From contig JBHACK010000123.1 in NCBI GenBank assembly GCA_041854545.1, positions 1-60,755 of the forward strand: DNA of 60,755 bases, read 5' to 3'. Positions 50,441 to 59,056 of the stretch are shown here, piece by piece. Made by a program: the position numbers and the translations under genes. How positions within the stretch are numbered: position 1 is the first letter of the stretch; each line of letters starts with the position of its first letter. Source of the stretch: Acinetobacter sp. (GTDB lineage Bacteria > Pseudomonadota > Gammaproteobacteria > Pseudomonadales > Moraxellaceae). Under the pieces are notes generated by a model, which saw only the letters and a program-made list of their open reading frames with translations, was not told the origin of the DNA and searched no databases.

Positions 50441-50480
50441 AGTATGTCATAAGCTATCTTTTATTTTTTTAACTTGTTCC
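50441..50480 (-). promoter_or_regulatory. Late-promoter motif GGAA-N30-CATACT
   Basis: Upstream of the portal gene. Confidence 0.75.
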
Positions 50481-50485
50481 AGTAT

Positions 50486-50525
50486 GGTAGGTGTTAAGTG
50501 TAAGGCTTTAGCGTTGTGCTAAACT
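50486..50525 (+). promoter_or_regulatory. Degenerate late-promoter motif GGTA-N30-TAAACT
   Basis: Same spacing, one mismatch in GGAA. Confidence 0.5.
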
Positions 50526-50555
50526 ACACAAAATATTTATGATAGAGTAATTTGT

Positions 50556-50969
50556 ATGACTGCTTATCTTTACACCTTATCAGCGATTGAACGTCAAAAA
50601 CTGGTTGCAGATAAAACCGCAAGTTTTGTGGCAACAACAGGTAAAAATGCAGATGATTTTTTGGCATTCGCCGTGCAAGTGATTCTAAAACGTTTAGAAA
50701 AAAATGCTAAAAGCTATGTGCAATATGGTGTGTATTGGTCATCTCTTAAAGAAGTTTTGATGAAGTATAGTGATAAGTTTAAATCGCCAGCTCAACAATC
50801 GGTGATTGATATTTATCGTGGTGATGATGATTTACAGACGGTTATCTTGGCTGATGACTTCCGTACAATGTATATGGCAACTCAATTACAAGGGACGAAT
50901 CGTTTTATGATAACAACAGATGGCGATATGTTGAGTGTATTTGATGAAGAAATGGAATTTTTTAAATGA
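50556..50969 (+). CDS. ulx: Ulx-like protein (P1 DarB-packaging helper)
   Basis: RL.KN...Y..YG.YW..LK..L...IYR......T.I.A matches recalled P1 Ulx. Confidence 0.6.
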   Translation: MTAYLYTLSAIERQKLVADKTASFVATTGKNADDFLAFAVQVILKRLEKNAKSYVQYGVYWSSLKEVLMKYSDKFKSPAQQSVIDIYRGDDDLQTVILADDFRTMYMATQLQGTNRFMITTDGDMLSVFDEEMEFFK

Positions 50970-51688
50970 CAATTAAGGAAAGTGTTAAACGTGTTGCGAA
51001 AAATGCAGTTAAAGGAACTGCTCAAGCCATACGCAAGCCAACCCAATTAGGTATTTATGGCGGTTTGACTGCGATACAAGCTCAAGCTCTTAGCCGTGAA
51101 CTAAGCGAATTGGATATTTTGATGACTCCCAACTTTAAAGTGGAGTTATCCCCTTATGACCCATCGAGCAAAATTGCTAAGTTGCAAGTGCAATTATTGA
51201 ATGGTTTGCATCAAGCATTAGCAACCGCTAATCGTAGTGTTGTTGATGAGCGTGTAAATCTGCCTTTATTTGCTCAAAGTAGTAAGTATGGTCAATATAT
51301 TCAATATCTAGCGACTGATGTTGATGTATCTTTACTTGATGCACAAAGTGATGGCGTGCAAGTGGGTTCAATGATGTTAAATCATTTAACTGGTAATAGC
51401 ACAGGCGAAATTAGCATTACATTTATTGAAACTCGTAATGCGATGATTCTTAATTCAGCTAAGGCGATTGCTGGTATTATGTTTAATAGTGATGGTACTC
51501 AAGCACCGCCTATTGATTATTTAATGAAACTCAAAATTTCAGCGATAGACCGTCATAATCATTTGGCGGTGTTTGATAAAACTTGGGTTGTGTCTTTGCA
51601 AACTGGGTCAATTAGCTTTAGTTCTGGTGATATAGGACGTGCAAGCACTCAGCTTAATTTTGTAAAAATGTTTCCGATGTTAGCGTAA
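50966..51688 (+). CDS. Tail-tube initiator/baseplate junction protein (P1 Tub-like)
   Basis: A.D.......VG......T....GEI......N.DGT...P..YL pattern. Confidence 0.55.
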   Translation: MTIKESVKRVAKNAVKGTAQAIRKPTQLGIYGGLTAIQAQALSRELSELDILMTPNFKVELSPYDPSSKIAKLQVQLLNGLHQALATANRSVVDERVNLPLFAQSSKYGQYIQYLATDVDVSLLDAQSDGVQVGSMMLNHLTGNSTGEISITFIETRNAMILNSAKAIAGIMFNSDGTQAPPIDYLMKLKISAIDRHNHLAVFDKTWVVSLQTGSISFSSGDIGRASTQLNFVKMFPMLA

Positions 51689-52303
51689 ATCTACAATATT
51701 CAATACTCTTGCAACACACGCTACGCCTAAAGGGATTTGTTCATCAACAGGCTTGGATACAACATGTAAGAAAATATTAGCTGGAATGACGTTCCTTAAA
51801 GTTGGAGCGACTTGCATTGCTTCTTGTATGTCTTGTACTTCAGATAACAATAAATGGTAGCGACTTGTTGCAAAACTATCATCATTTGGGGTGTAATGCC
51901 ACGCATGTGGATATAGGTCAATATGTCGAATACTGTGATAAATTGGCTTTAGTTCCCATCGATTTGCCCACAACATAGAAAGTACAAACTCTAAAAATCC
52001 TAACCCACGTTTTGAGCCAACAGCTAACCAACTCGCATAGATAGCACGCATAACTTGGTCAGATACAGATTTTCGTTTGAGAATGACCAAGCCATCACGT
52101 TTAGAGAATAATTCCACAACTTCACGGCTTGCCAAATGCGGTGAGCCATAATCAATTAAATCTTGAACCTGTTTCTCAAAATCTTGTGTGAAAACACGTT
52201 GCATGGCGTTAAATAATGCCGTTTCTGTTCCTGTTTGTTGGAAATGATTTTGGAGCGGTTGTAAATAATTCGTCATAGTTAAATACCAAGAAAAATATTT
52301 CAT
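51680..52303 (-). CDS. Baseplate wedge protein (P1 gp16 / P2 gpI-like)
   Basis: KRGLGFLEFVL.MLW...PANI motif; likely start 52276. Confidence 0.6.
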   Translation of the reverse strand: MKYFSWYLTMTNYLQPLQNHFQQTGTETALFNAMQRVFTQDFEKQVQDLIDYGSPHLASREVVELFSKRDGLVILKRKSVSDQVMRAIYASWLAVGSKRGLGFLEFVLSMLWANRWELKPIYHSIRHIDLYPHAWHYTPNDDSFATSRYHLLLSEVQDIQEAMQVAPTLRNVIPANIFLHVVSKPVDEQIPLGVACVARVLNIVDLR

Positions 52304-52343
52304 ATTATTAGGGATTTTTTTAGGGCTAAAAATGCAAAATTCC
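52304..52343 (-). promoter_or_regulatory. Late-promoter motif GGAA-N30-AATAAT
   Basis: Divergent pair with the copy at 52360. Confidence 0.65.
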
Positions 52344-52359
52344 TAAGCTGTTAAATGTT

Positions 52360-52399
52360 GGAATAGAACAAAAAGCAATCAAGATTATTTATCTATACT
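52360..52399 (+). promoter_or_regulatory. Late-promoter motif GGAA-N30-TATACT
   Basis: Upstream of the tube and terminase genes. Confidence 0.75.
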
Positions 52400-52431
52400 T
52401 TGCCTATTCATAATGTGAAAGGTAAAAAAAT

Positions 52432-53100
52432 ATGGCAAAACCTAATATTAAGCCATCAATGGAGCAGTTTTATGCTGACTTCTTAGTGATTAAACAACTA
52501 TCATCACCTTTACTACAGTGTCAAGGAATGTTGGTATTAGATGGTCATGAAGAATCTCGCTTTTTTATTAAATCAGGCGTACGTCCAATTATCACTTATA
52601 CTGAACCTGTTGAAGTGCATTATGCAGGTGGTCATGTTGGTATCTCAAGTGGCGTTCCTAAAACTAACCATCAAGGTGCAATTCAAGTTATTGAAACAGA
52701 AGCAGGTCATGCTCAGATGTTAGCGGAAGGGATTGCTCTTCAAGGCGGTATCACAAATGCTTGGTACTACGATGGTCGTATCGACAACTTTAGCCGTGTC
52801 TATCGTTTACATGATGTTGCTTTGACTTTTGAATCGACCGAATTTGATTCTGAAAGTAAATCTCAGGTGATGATTATTAACGGTCAAATGTCATACAACT
52901 ATTTTGGTACATTTGTAGATGCCAAGAGTGGCAATTTAACCACGAATGCAGGTCAAAACCAACAAGTCGCTCAAGTACAACAAGGTATGTTGCAGAAAGT
53001 GCAAAACACCTTAAATACGGTGAATAGTTTTGCTAATTTGGCTGGTCAAGCAGTTGGCTTAGCAAATTCGGTTGGCTCTTTATTTGGTCGCCGTGCATAA
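52432..53100 (+). CDS. Tail tube protein (P1 BplB-like)
   Basis: L...GHE......P.....VE...G......G......ET..G pattern recalled from BplB. Confidence 0.6.
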   Translation: MAKPNIKPSMEQFYADFLVIKQLSSPLLQCQGMLVLDGHEESRFFIKSGVRPIITYTEPVEVHYAGGHVGISSGVPKTNHQGAIQVIETEAGHAQMLAEGIALQGGITNAWYYDGRIDNFSRVYRLHDVALTFESTEFDSESKSQVMIINGQMSYNYFGTFVDAKSGNLTTNAGQNQQVAQVQQGMLQKVQNTLNTVNSFANLAGQAVGLANSVGSLFGRRA

Positions 53101-53108
53101 GGTTCACA

Positions 53109-54671
53109 ATGGCTTTAGTCGCATTATCCAAACGTCTGGAGTGGTATCGTTTTTGTTTGCGTTATCAGCATGACTTGTTTGGTTTTGCGATTGAAGTCTT
53201 AGGTGTACAACCAACATGGCAACAGAAAATTTTATTCCAAAGCATTTCTATTGCAGGTAGCCGTACAAGTGTAGCATCTGGTCATGGAACAGGCAAAACA
53301 ATGTCCGCAGGGATAACCGCCCTGTGGCATTTATTGTGTTTTCATAACTCTATTATGCTATTTACTGCTCCGCAGATTAACCAGCTAAAAAAACAAGTAT
53401 GGAAAGAAATCGGTTTAAATTTAGACCGCTTGCGTGCCAATCCTGAATATGCTTGGCTTGCTGAATATGTCGTCTTTCAATCAGATTTAGTTTACATTCG
53501 TGGCGAAACAAAACAATTAGATGCAGAAAACAAGTCAAAATGGTGTGTAAAAGCAAAGACAGCACCTAAACACAGTCCTACTAATATTGCAGGGGAGCAT
53601 GGTGATAATTACATGCTATGGGGTGATGAAGCATGTGGTATTGACGATGAAGTCATGAATGTTGTGATGGGGGCATTAACCCATGCTGATAACCGTGCAG
53701 TACTCACCAGTCAGCCAGCTCGTGGCAATGGTTTTTTCTTTGACACACATCATAAATTAAGTTACAAAGTTGGAGGAGAGTGGATAAGTTTAACTTTTAA
53801 CGGTGAATTATCTCCAATCGTTAGCCCTAAATCACTTAGGGAACAACTTTTAAAGTATGGTAGCAGAGATGACCCACAATATAAAATCCGTGTGCGTGGT
53901 GAGTTCCCTGAGCGTTTAGACGAATTTATTATTACAACATCAATGGTTGATGACACTTATAAAGGCACTTCGCTTAAAGAAGAACATCAAGAGTATGGTT
54001 ATATTATTTCCGTTGATGTGGGCGGTGGTGTAGGTCGAGATGATTCTGTTGTCGTTGTGGCAAAAATATGGGGGGAACAGCATTGGGGTCGCCGTGCAAG
54101 ACGTATTGAAGTGATTGATATTCCAATGTGTAAGAACACAGGAGATTCAGCCAATATTTTTGGTGTGATAAATGAGTGTTTGGTAACTTATGATAATGCA
54201 ATGGTTGTGGCAGATACCAATGGGGTAGGGAATGAACTAGGGAAAATGCTACAACAGGCAGGAATTTATTATAAGCCAGTAAAATGGGGCGGTGCTTGCT
54301 TTAATAACGAAAATAAAAAATTGTATGCAAATCTGCGTACACAGGCGTATGTGTGCTTAGGTCGTGCCATGAAAGATGGGCGATTTAAAATGAAAACAAG
54401 AAAATATGCCAATAAATATCAAGACCAGATGATTAAGATTCCTTACAGCTTTGACGACCAGTATCGATACAAGCTAAAAAGTAAAGGCGATATGGCAAAA
54501 GAAGGGATTAAATCTCCTGACTTAGGCGATGCTTTGGCTTTTTTATTCTTGGAAGGAGTTAGCTATTCTGTTGCTGATAGCAATAAACAATCTGATGAAT
54601 TAGGCACTCAACGTAGTGAAAGACAGCAACAATTTGCTCAATTACAAGGGGTTGATATTAGCAATTTGTAA
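53109..54671 (+). CDS. Terminase large subunit (PacB-like)
   Basis: Walker A SGHGTGKT, Walker B WGDEA, nuclease SVDVGGG and SPDLGDA. Confidence 0.92.
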   Translation: MALVALSKRLEWYRFCLRYQHDLFGFAIEVLGVQPTWQQKILFQSISIAGSRTSVASGHGTGKTMSAGITALWHLLCFHNSIMLFTAPQINQLKKQVWKEIGLNLDRLRANPEYAWLAEYVVFQSDLVYIRGETKQLDAENKSKWCVKAKTAPKHSPTNIAGEHGDNYMLWGDEACGIDDEVMNVVMGALTHADNRAVLTSQPARGNGFFFDTHHKLSYKVGGEWISLTFNGELSPIVSPKSLREQLLKYGSRDDPQYKIRVRGEFPERLDEFIITTSMVDDTYKGTSLKEEHQEYGYIISVDVGGGVGRDDSVVVVAKIWGEQHWGRRARRIEVIDIPMCKNTGDSANIFGVINECLVTYDNAMVVADTNGVGNELGKMLQQAGIYYKPVKWGGACFNNENKKLYANLRTQAYVCLGRAMKDGRFKMKTRKYANKYQDQMIKIPYSFDDQYRYKLKSKGDMAKEGIKSPDLGDALAFLFLEGVSYSVADSNKQSDELGTQRSERQQQFAQLQGVDISNL

Positions 54672-54686
54672 TAACTGGATAACTGT

Positions 54687-54725
54687 GGAAGTTGCTAAAA
54701 AACTAAATTAAAAAAAATAGATAAT
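54687..54725 (+). promoter_or_regulatory. Late-promoter motif GGAA-N29-GATAAT
   Basis: Upstream of the lysis cassette. Confidence 0.65.
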
Positions 54726-54765
54726 AACATGAAAATTTCAATGACTATTATTTAAGAAGTTAAGA

Positions 54766-55146
54766 GTGTTTGAGTATATGCCTGAAAAGTTGTCCGCATT
54801 GCCGTGGCTAATTAAGTTATTAGCGTTAGTAGCTGGCGGTGTTATTTGTTTGGCTCTGAGCGGTGATATTGACAAAGATGGGTACATCAAAGTTACTCGT
54901 GGTGTCATCTTAAGATTCACTTGCTCAATGTTTATCGGTTTGTATTTTGGTGAATTTGCGATTGACCACATGAATCTGGAAGGTTTAACGCATTTCGCTC
55001 AAGGTGCAATTTTGATGTTGTTTTCTGTTTTTGGTTTATTGATTTTGGGCATTCTATATCGTGCAGTCCAGCTGACATTGCAAGAGAAAACTTTATCAGA
55101 AATTGTAAGTGAAATTAAACAAACGATTTCAGCAATTTTGAAGTAG
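54766..55146 (+). CDS. Putative holin (3 TM)
   Basis: Three TM helices; in the lysis cassette. Confidence 0.6.
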   Translation: MFEYMPEKLSALPWLIKLLALVAGGVICLALSGDIDKDGYIKVTRGVILRFTCSMFIGLYFGEFAIDHMNLEGLTHFAQGAILMLFSVFGLLILGILYRAVQLTLQEKTLSEIVSEIKQTISAILK

Positions 55147-55158
55147 AAAGGAGTAGCC

Positions 55159-55494
55159 ATGTTTATTGATGAAAATCCTTTTAAGTTTAAAAGTGTTACG
55201 TTGCCTTTAATTGGCAGTATCTTGTTAGGGGTATTGCCAATCGTATTAGAAAGAGCAATGCACACACGATTAATTCCGCCTGAATATCATGCGTTAATTG
55301 TGAGCATTGTTCTACCAACATTGTCATTTTACGGTCGCATGGTGTATCAACCTGAACTGCATAAAGATGCGTTAAAACAGCGTTTATTAGAAGATTTAAA
55401 GACGTATTCTGATAGACATCAAGATTTAAATGAGCCACCTAAAAAGCGTGGTCGCCCAAAAAAGGTGAAAAGTGATGAGCAAAACATTGACTGA
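55159..55494 (+). CDS. Second holin/antiholin-like protein (2 TM) with a basic AT-hook-like tail
   Basis: AAGGAG RBS; two TM helices, GR.V.QP motif, PKKRGRPKK. Confidence 0.55.
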   Translation: MFIDENPFKFKSVTLPLIGSILLGVLPIVLERAMHTRLIPPEYHALIVSIVLPTLSFYGRMVYQPELHKDALKQRLLEDLKTYSDRHQDLNEPPKKRGRPKKVKSDEQNID

Positions 55495-56110
55495 TGAACA
55501 AGTAAAAGTGATTGCTGAACAAAACGGCTTAGAATTTGCGGTTGTGAAAGCAATTCACCAAGTAGAAAGTAAGGGTGAAGGCTTTTTAGCCGATGGCAAG
55601 CCTAAGATTTTATTTGAACGGCATCAATTTTATAAACATTTGCAAAAGTTGGGCTATTATACTTTATCTCGACAAATGTCAGCTATTCGCCCTGATTTAT
55701 GTCATCGTAAGCCTACACCTAAAGGCGGTTATGGCAAAGTTGGCGAACAACATCAACGGCTTAATGATGCGATTGAGTTAGTATTGAAAGTCCGCCCTGA
55801 TGCCGATGAAAATCTGCAACAGGCGGTGCGTGAATGTGCGTGGAAGGCTTGTAGTTGGGGCTTAGGTCAAGTAATGGGCTTTAATCATAAGACGGTTGGC
55901 TTTGATAGTATTGCTGATTTTGTAACAGCAATGGAAACGGACGAAGCAAGCCAGTTACAAGCCATGATTAATTATTTAAAATCGGCAGGTCTTGAAAAAG
56001 CGATGAAAAACAAAGATTGGCGTAAAATCGCACAAGCATACAATGGCGTTGAATATGCTAAATTTAATTATCATAATCGTTTAGCTAGTGCATATAGTGC
56101 GATTGTGTGA
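55472..56110 (+). CDS. Endolysin, N-acetylmuramidase (DUF3380)
   Basis: VES.G.GF...PKILFERH.F; SWGLGQVMGFN; YNG..Y....Y..RL. Confidence 0.9.
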   Translation: MMSKTLTDEQVKVIAEQNGLEFAVVKAIHQVESKGEGFLADGKPKILFERHQFYKHLQKLGYYTLSRQMSAIRPDLCHRKPTPKGGYGKVGEQHQRLNDAIELVLKVRPDADENLQQAVRECAWKACSWGLGQVMGFNHKTVGFDSIADFVTAMETDEASQLQAMINYLKSAGLEKAMKNKDWRKIAQAYNGVEYAKFNYHNRLASAYSAIV

Positions 56111-56116
56111 TATTAT
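56108..56116 (+). promoter_or_regulatory. Extended -10 promoter TGaTATTAT for the mini-array
   Basis: Overlaps the endolysin stop codon, directly before repeat 1. Confidence 0.5.
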
Positions 56117-56204
56117 TAAGTTTACTGCATAGGTAGCTTAGAAAAGCTAGCATAAGTATGTCTTAAATCATAAAAAGTTATCTACCGCATAGGTAGTTAA
56201 AAAA
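56117..56204 (+). CRISPR. Type I-F-like mini-array: two 28-bp repeats and one 32-bp spacer, no cas genes
   Basis: R1 TAAGTTTACTGCATAGGTAGCTTAGAAA; spacer AGCTAGCATAAGTATGTCTTAAATCATAAAAA; R2 GTTATCTACCGCATAGGTAGTTAAAAAA. Confidence 0.82.
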
Positions 56205-56236
56205 ATCCCCTAACTTTTTTGGTTAGGGGATTTTTT
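56199..56236. terminator. Bidirectional terminator after the mini-array
   Basis: AAAAAATCCCCTAAC...GTTAGGGGATTTTTT. Confidence 0.85.
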
Positions 56237-56253
56237 AAGAAACTTATTAGAAC

Positions 56254-56523
56254 TTAAACTGAAAGTCCAAATAATGAAAATGCTGAACGAGCGAATACAA
56301 GGTCATTGTATGGGTCTTCAGGCATATCAGCAAACTCTTGATGAGTTAATGTTACAGTACCCATTTTATCTAATTTAGCGAGCGTACGTCCGCTAATAAT
56401 ATATGCTTTTACAGTTCCATCTTCCATTTTGTCGAATGCTACACGACAAAGCAAAGGTTTCCCATTAATCTCAACATCTAATCCGATTGTTGAGATATGT
56501 TTGACGATTTTTGGCTTTTTCAT
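56254..56523 (-). CDS. Small hypothetical protein, candidate anti-defence/Acr
   Basis: AGGAG RBS and a strong operator-containing promoter. Confidence 0.7.
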   Translation of the reverse strand: MKKPKIVKHISTIGLDVEINGKPLLCRVAFDKMEDGTVKAYIISGRTLAKLDKMGTVTLTHQEFADMPEDPYNDLVFARSAFSLFGLSV

Positions 56524-56529
56524 ATTTAA

Positions 56530-56626
56530 AACTCCTGCCCATAAGGCGTTGGATTGTTGATTTGGGCTTTCGCCCTGTTGATGAGCTTATTATAAGGTAA
56601 CGTACGTTACCATGCAAGTACTTTTT
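56530..56626 (-). repeat. 97-bp direct repeat, copy 1: promoter, palindromic operator, leader hairpin and RBS
   Basis: One mismatch to 59472-59568; TTGCAT-17-TATAAT enclosing GGTAACGTACGTTACC. Confidence 0.95.
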
Positions 56627-56844
56627 TAAATATTTTTCATTTTTTTTACAGCTTTAATAATGAATAATTTTAACTGCTTGTTTTTTTTAGCTGTATCTAG
56701 AATTTCAGCTATCTCAATTTCTTCTTCATCGTCTAAATAGAAATCAATAACGTAACGTCTTACTTTTCTTTTTTCAGCGTAACGTTGTTGCTTGTTTTTT
56801 TGTTTATGGTTCACAAACATTCTCTCCAAAGACAAAAGCCACAT
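56626..56844 (-). CDS. Small ribbon-helix-helix-like DNA-binding protein (candidate Aca-like repressor)
   Basis: QQRYAEKR..RRY.IDF......EI...L......L..FI..A pattern; likely start 56820 after GGAGAG. Confidence 0.5.
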   Translation of the reverse strand: MWLLSLERMFVNHKQKNKQQRYAEKRKVRRYVIDFYLDDEEEIEIAEILDTAKKNKQLKLFIIKAVKKMKNI

Positions 56845-56848
56845 CTTA

Positions 56849-57250
56849 CTAATGATGTGGCTTGTGATTAAACATTAAAGACATCACAACAATAAGTTCA
56901 TCATGATGCATTTGAACGAATTTTCTGTTATGAACAGGTAATAACCAGCCACTTATGCGACTGTTTGAAAGTTTTAGCTCACTATTATTAATCAGCTCTT
57001 TGAGTTGTTGGTTATCAATATCTAATCGTTGCATAGTGAGCATTAATACATCATTTGTATTTTGATTATCTAAATCTTCCAACAACATTAATCCTGCTTT
57101 TTTATGATGAAGTAATTCTTCATCTAAAAACAAGTAAATATCTGATTGTTTGCTCTCAAACTTTCTGCAAATCGCACGATAATTTGCGTAAGCAATATTT
57201 GCATCACTTACGCTATGGTCTAAAGTTTGATTGATGAAAATATGATACAT
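56849..57250 (-). CDS. Protein with a C-terminal DUF1456/YehS-like HTH
   Basis: NDVL......L......L.........S.S.I.GWL......F..M..DEL. Confidence 0.5.
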   Translation of the reverse strand: MYHIFINQTLDHSVSDANIAYANYRAICRKFESKQSDIYLFLDEELLHHKKAGLMLLEDLDNQNTNDVLMLTMQRLDIDNQQLKELINNSELKLSNSRISGWLLPVHNRKFVQMHHDELIVVMSLMFNHKPHH

Positions 57251-57308
57251 AATATCTCTTGATTAATCAAAAAATAATAATAGTGTATCATATTTATCTT
57301 GGTGATGA

Positions 57309-58208
57309 CTATCTCAACATAGCAATAGTGTGAGCGGTCATTTGGTGAGCATACCACTGCATGAGCTTTCTTCGCTCATCAGTATATTTAGCTTTATTGT
57401 AAACGCCACGCACACCATTTATTTTGTGTGCGAGACAAGTTTCAATAACATCATCTCGCCACTTATTGCTCTCATAACAATAGGTAGCAAAAATATGACG
57501 AAATCCATGTAGGACTTGGCGACCGCTATAGCCTGCATGATGAATTGCACGGCTAAGAGCGATAGCATTAAATGCTTTATTTTTCTTTATTGGTGATGGA
57601 AAAATAAACTCGCTTGTTGGATATTGTTGTTTTTGTTCATTTAGCAAACGAATAACAATATCAGAAAGTGGAATAATATGTTGTGAACGCATTTTCATAC
57701 GTTCCGCAGGAATCGTCCATGTTTTATTTTTAAGGTCGATTTCCGACCATTTTGCATTTAGCACTTCACTACTACGAAGTGCTGTAAAGAATAAAATAAG
57801 AAACGCTCGTTTTGCTTGAACACTCAGTTTACCTTTACAATTGACCGCATTAAAAAAAGCGGTCAATTCATGTGGTTGTAAAAAAGAATGATGTTTTTCT
57901 GTATGTCTAAAACATACAGTTAAAATATCTGTTGCAGGATTATGTTGGATATATTCAGCTATAACAGCATAGCTGAATACTCTTTTAATCATTTGACAAA
58001 CAATGCGTTCTGTCTTTGTTTTTTGCTCTGTTTCTAGTTTTTGGCAAATAACAAGAATATGAGCAGGTTTGATGTCTTTAATCAACATATCCCCTAAAAT
58101 AGGGAATATGTGGTTATTAAAGATTGCTAAACGAGCATCTTGGGTTTTTAATACCCAAGATTTTCGATTTTTTTCGTACCATTCTAAGGCGATTTCTTTA
58201 AACAACAT
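57309..58208 (-). CDS. int: Tyrosine recombinase/integrase (P4-like, no arm-binding domain)
   Basis: Catalytic residues R (LRSSE), K (RMK), HGFR, LAH and Y (VYN). Confidence 0.88.
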   Translation of the reverse strand: MLFKEIALEWYEKNRKSWVLKTQDARLAIFNNHIFPILGDMLIKDIKPAHILVICQKLETEQKTKTERIVCQMIKRVFSYAVIAEYIQHNPATDILTVCFRHTEKHHSFLQPHELTAFFNAVNCKGKLSVQAKRAFLILFFTALRSSEVLNAKWSEIDLKNKTWTIPAERMKMRSQHIIPLSDIVIRLLNEQKQQYPTSEFIFPSPIKKNKAFNAIALSRAIHHAGYSGRQVLHGFRHIFATYCYESNKWRDDVIETCLAHKINGVRGVYNKAKYTDERRKLMQWYAHQMTAHTIAMLR

Positions 58209-58218
58209 GGCACTCTCC

Positions 58219-59025
58219 TTATGCCCAACGCAAGATTCGTTCTTGCGTTTCTTTATTTAATAAATTCCACGCAATTAAATCTTTTCCTGTGAATTTCTCA
58301 GGCTTTATTTTTTTACTATGGTATTTATTTAGTAAATACATCTCTGGTGATGTAGTTTTAAACATCTCTTTGTATATAAGTTGTTCAAAATTTGGATTAC
58401 GTTGTGCAAAATAATAATAAGCATCGTCATCACATCTAGTGTGTGATTCATTGTTTTGTTTTGCAAAATATTTTACACAATGAGTCTCACCCTTACGGAT
58501 TAGATAATCCGCTTGATTTTCCCACCAGTGCATATCTGGCGGTGCATTGGTTTCCAAAAGTACGGGGTTGTTTTTTCGCTCTTCAATGCTATGCGGTAAA
58601 GCAAAAACACTTCTTGCACCATCATAAAATGCAAAATATTCATTAGTGTCAAGGTTTTTAAATACGCCGTGCATATTACCACCACAAGAGCGGTAAGCAT
58701 ACAATTGGCGTGTATGGTCAATAAAATACCCCCAACTTGAATAAATAAATAAGTTGCGGTCTTTTGGTGCGACAAGATGTGCTTTTTCGCCCCAAGTATT
58801 GTCTGCTACTTCATAGCAGATATTAAATGGGAAATTATTGTCATCTTGTGCGAAAGCGTACAAGTCTAAGAAATTTTGACGTTTATTGGCATCAAGTTCT
58901 TGCAAACGAATCGTAGATGAAGAACGAGCATGTGGCTTGTTGTAATAATCATTCGGGGCAGTAATTACAGCAAGAGTTTTAAATTGAGCGAAAGTTTTGC
59001 GAGAAATTGGTAATACAATTTTCAT
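58219..59025 (-). CDS. Hypothetical protein
   Basis: 268 aa; AGGA RBS; 10 bp upstream of the integrase. Confidence 0.7.
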   Translation of the reverse strand: MKIVLPISRKTFAQFKTLAVITAPNDYYNKPHARSSSTIRLQELDANKRQNFLDLYAFAQDDNNFPFNICYEVADNTWGEKAHLVAPKDRNLFIYSSWGYFIDHTRQLYAYRSCGGNMHGVFKNLDTNEYFAFYDGARSVFALPHSIEERKNNPVLLETNAPPDMHWWENQADYLIRKGETHCVKYFAKQNNESHTRCDDDAYYYFAQRNPNFEQLIYKEMFKTTSPEMYLLNKYHSKKIKPEKFTGKDLIAWNLLNKETQERILRWA

Positions 59026-59056
59026 TTTTTAAATCCTAAATTTTTAGTAAAACAGT

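Noticed and set aside
50441-50448. Match of the mini-array spacer (AGTATGTC) to the portal promoter
   Set aside because: Only 8 nt, outside the seed and with no CC PAM; expected by chance.
152-58775. Many short antisense or nested ORFs in the six-frame track (for example 6123..6737, 10747..11184, 28463..28960, 44989..45390)
   Set aside because: Shadows of longer, well-supported genes; no RBS or recognisable motifs.
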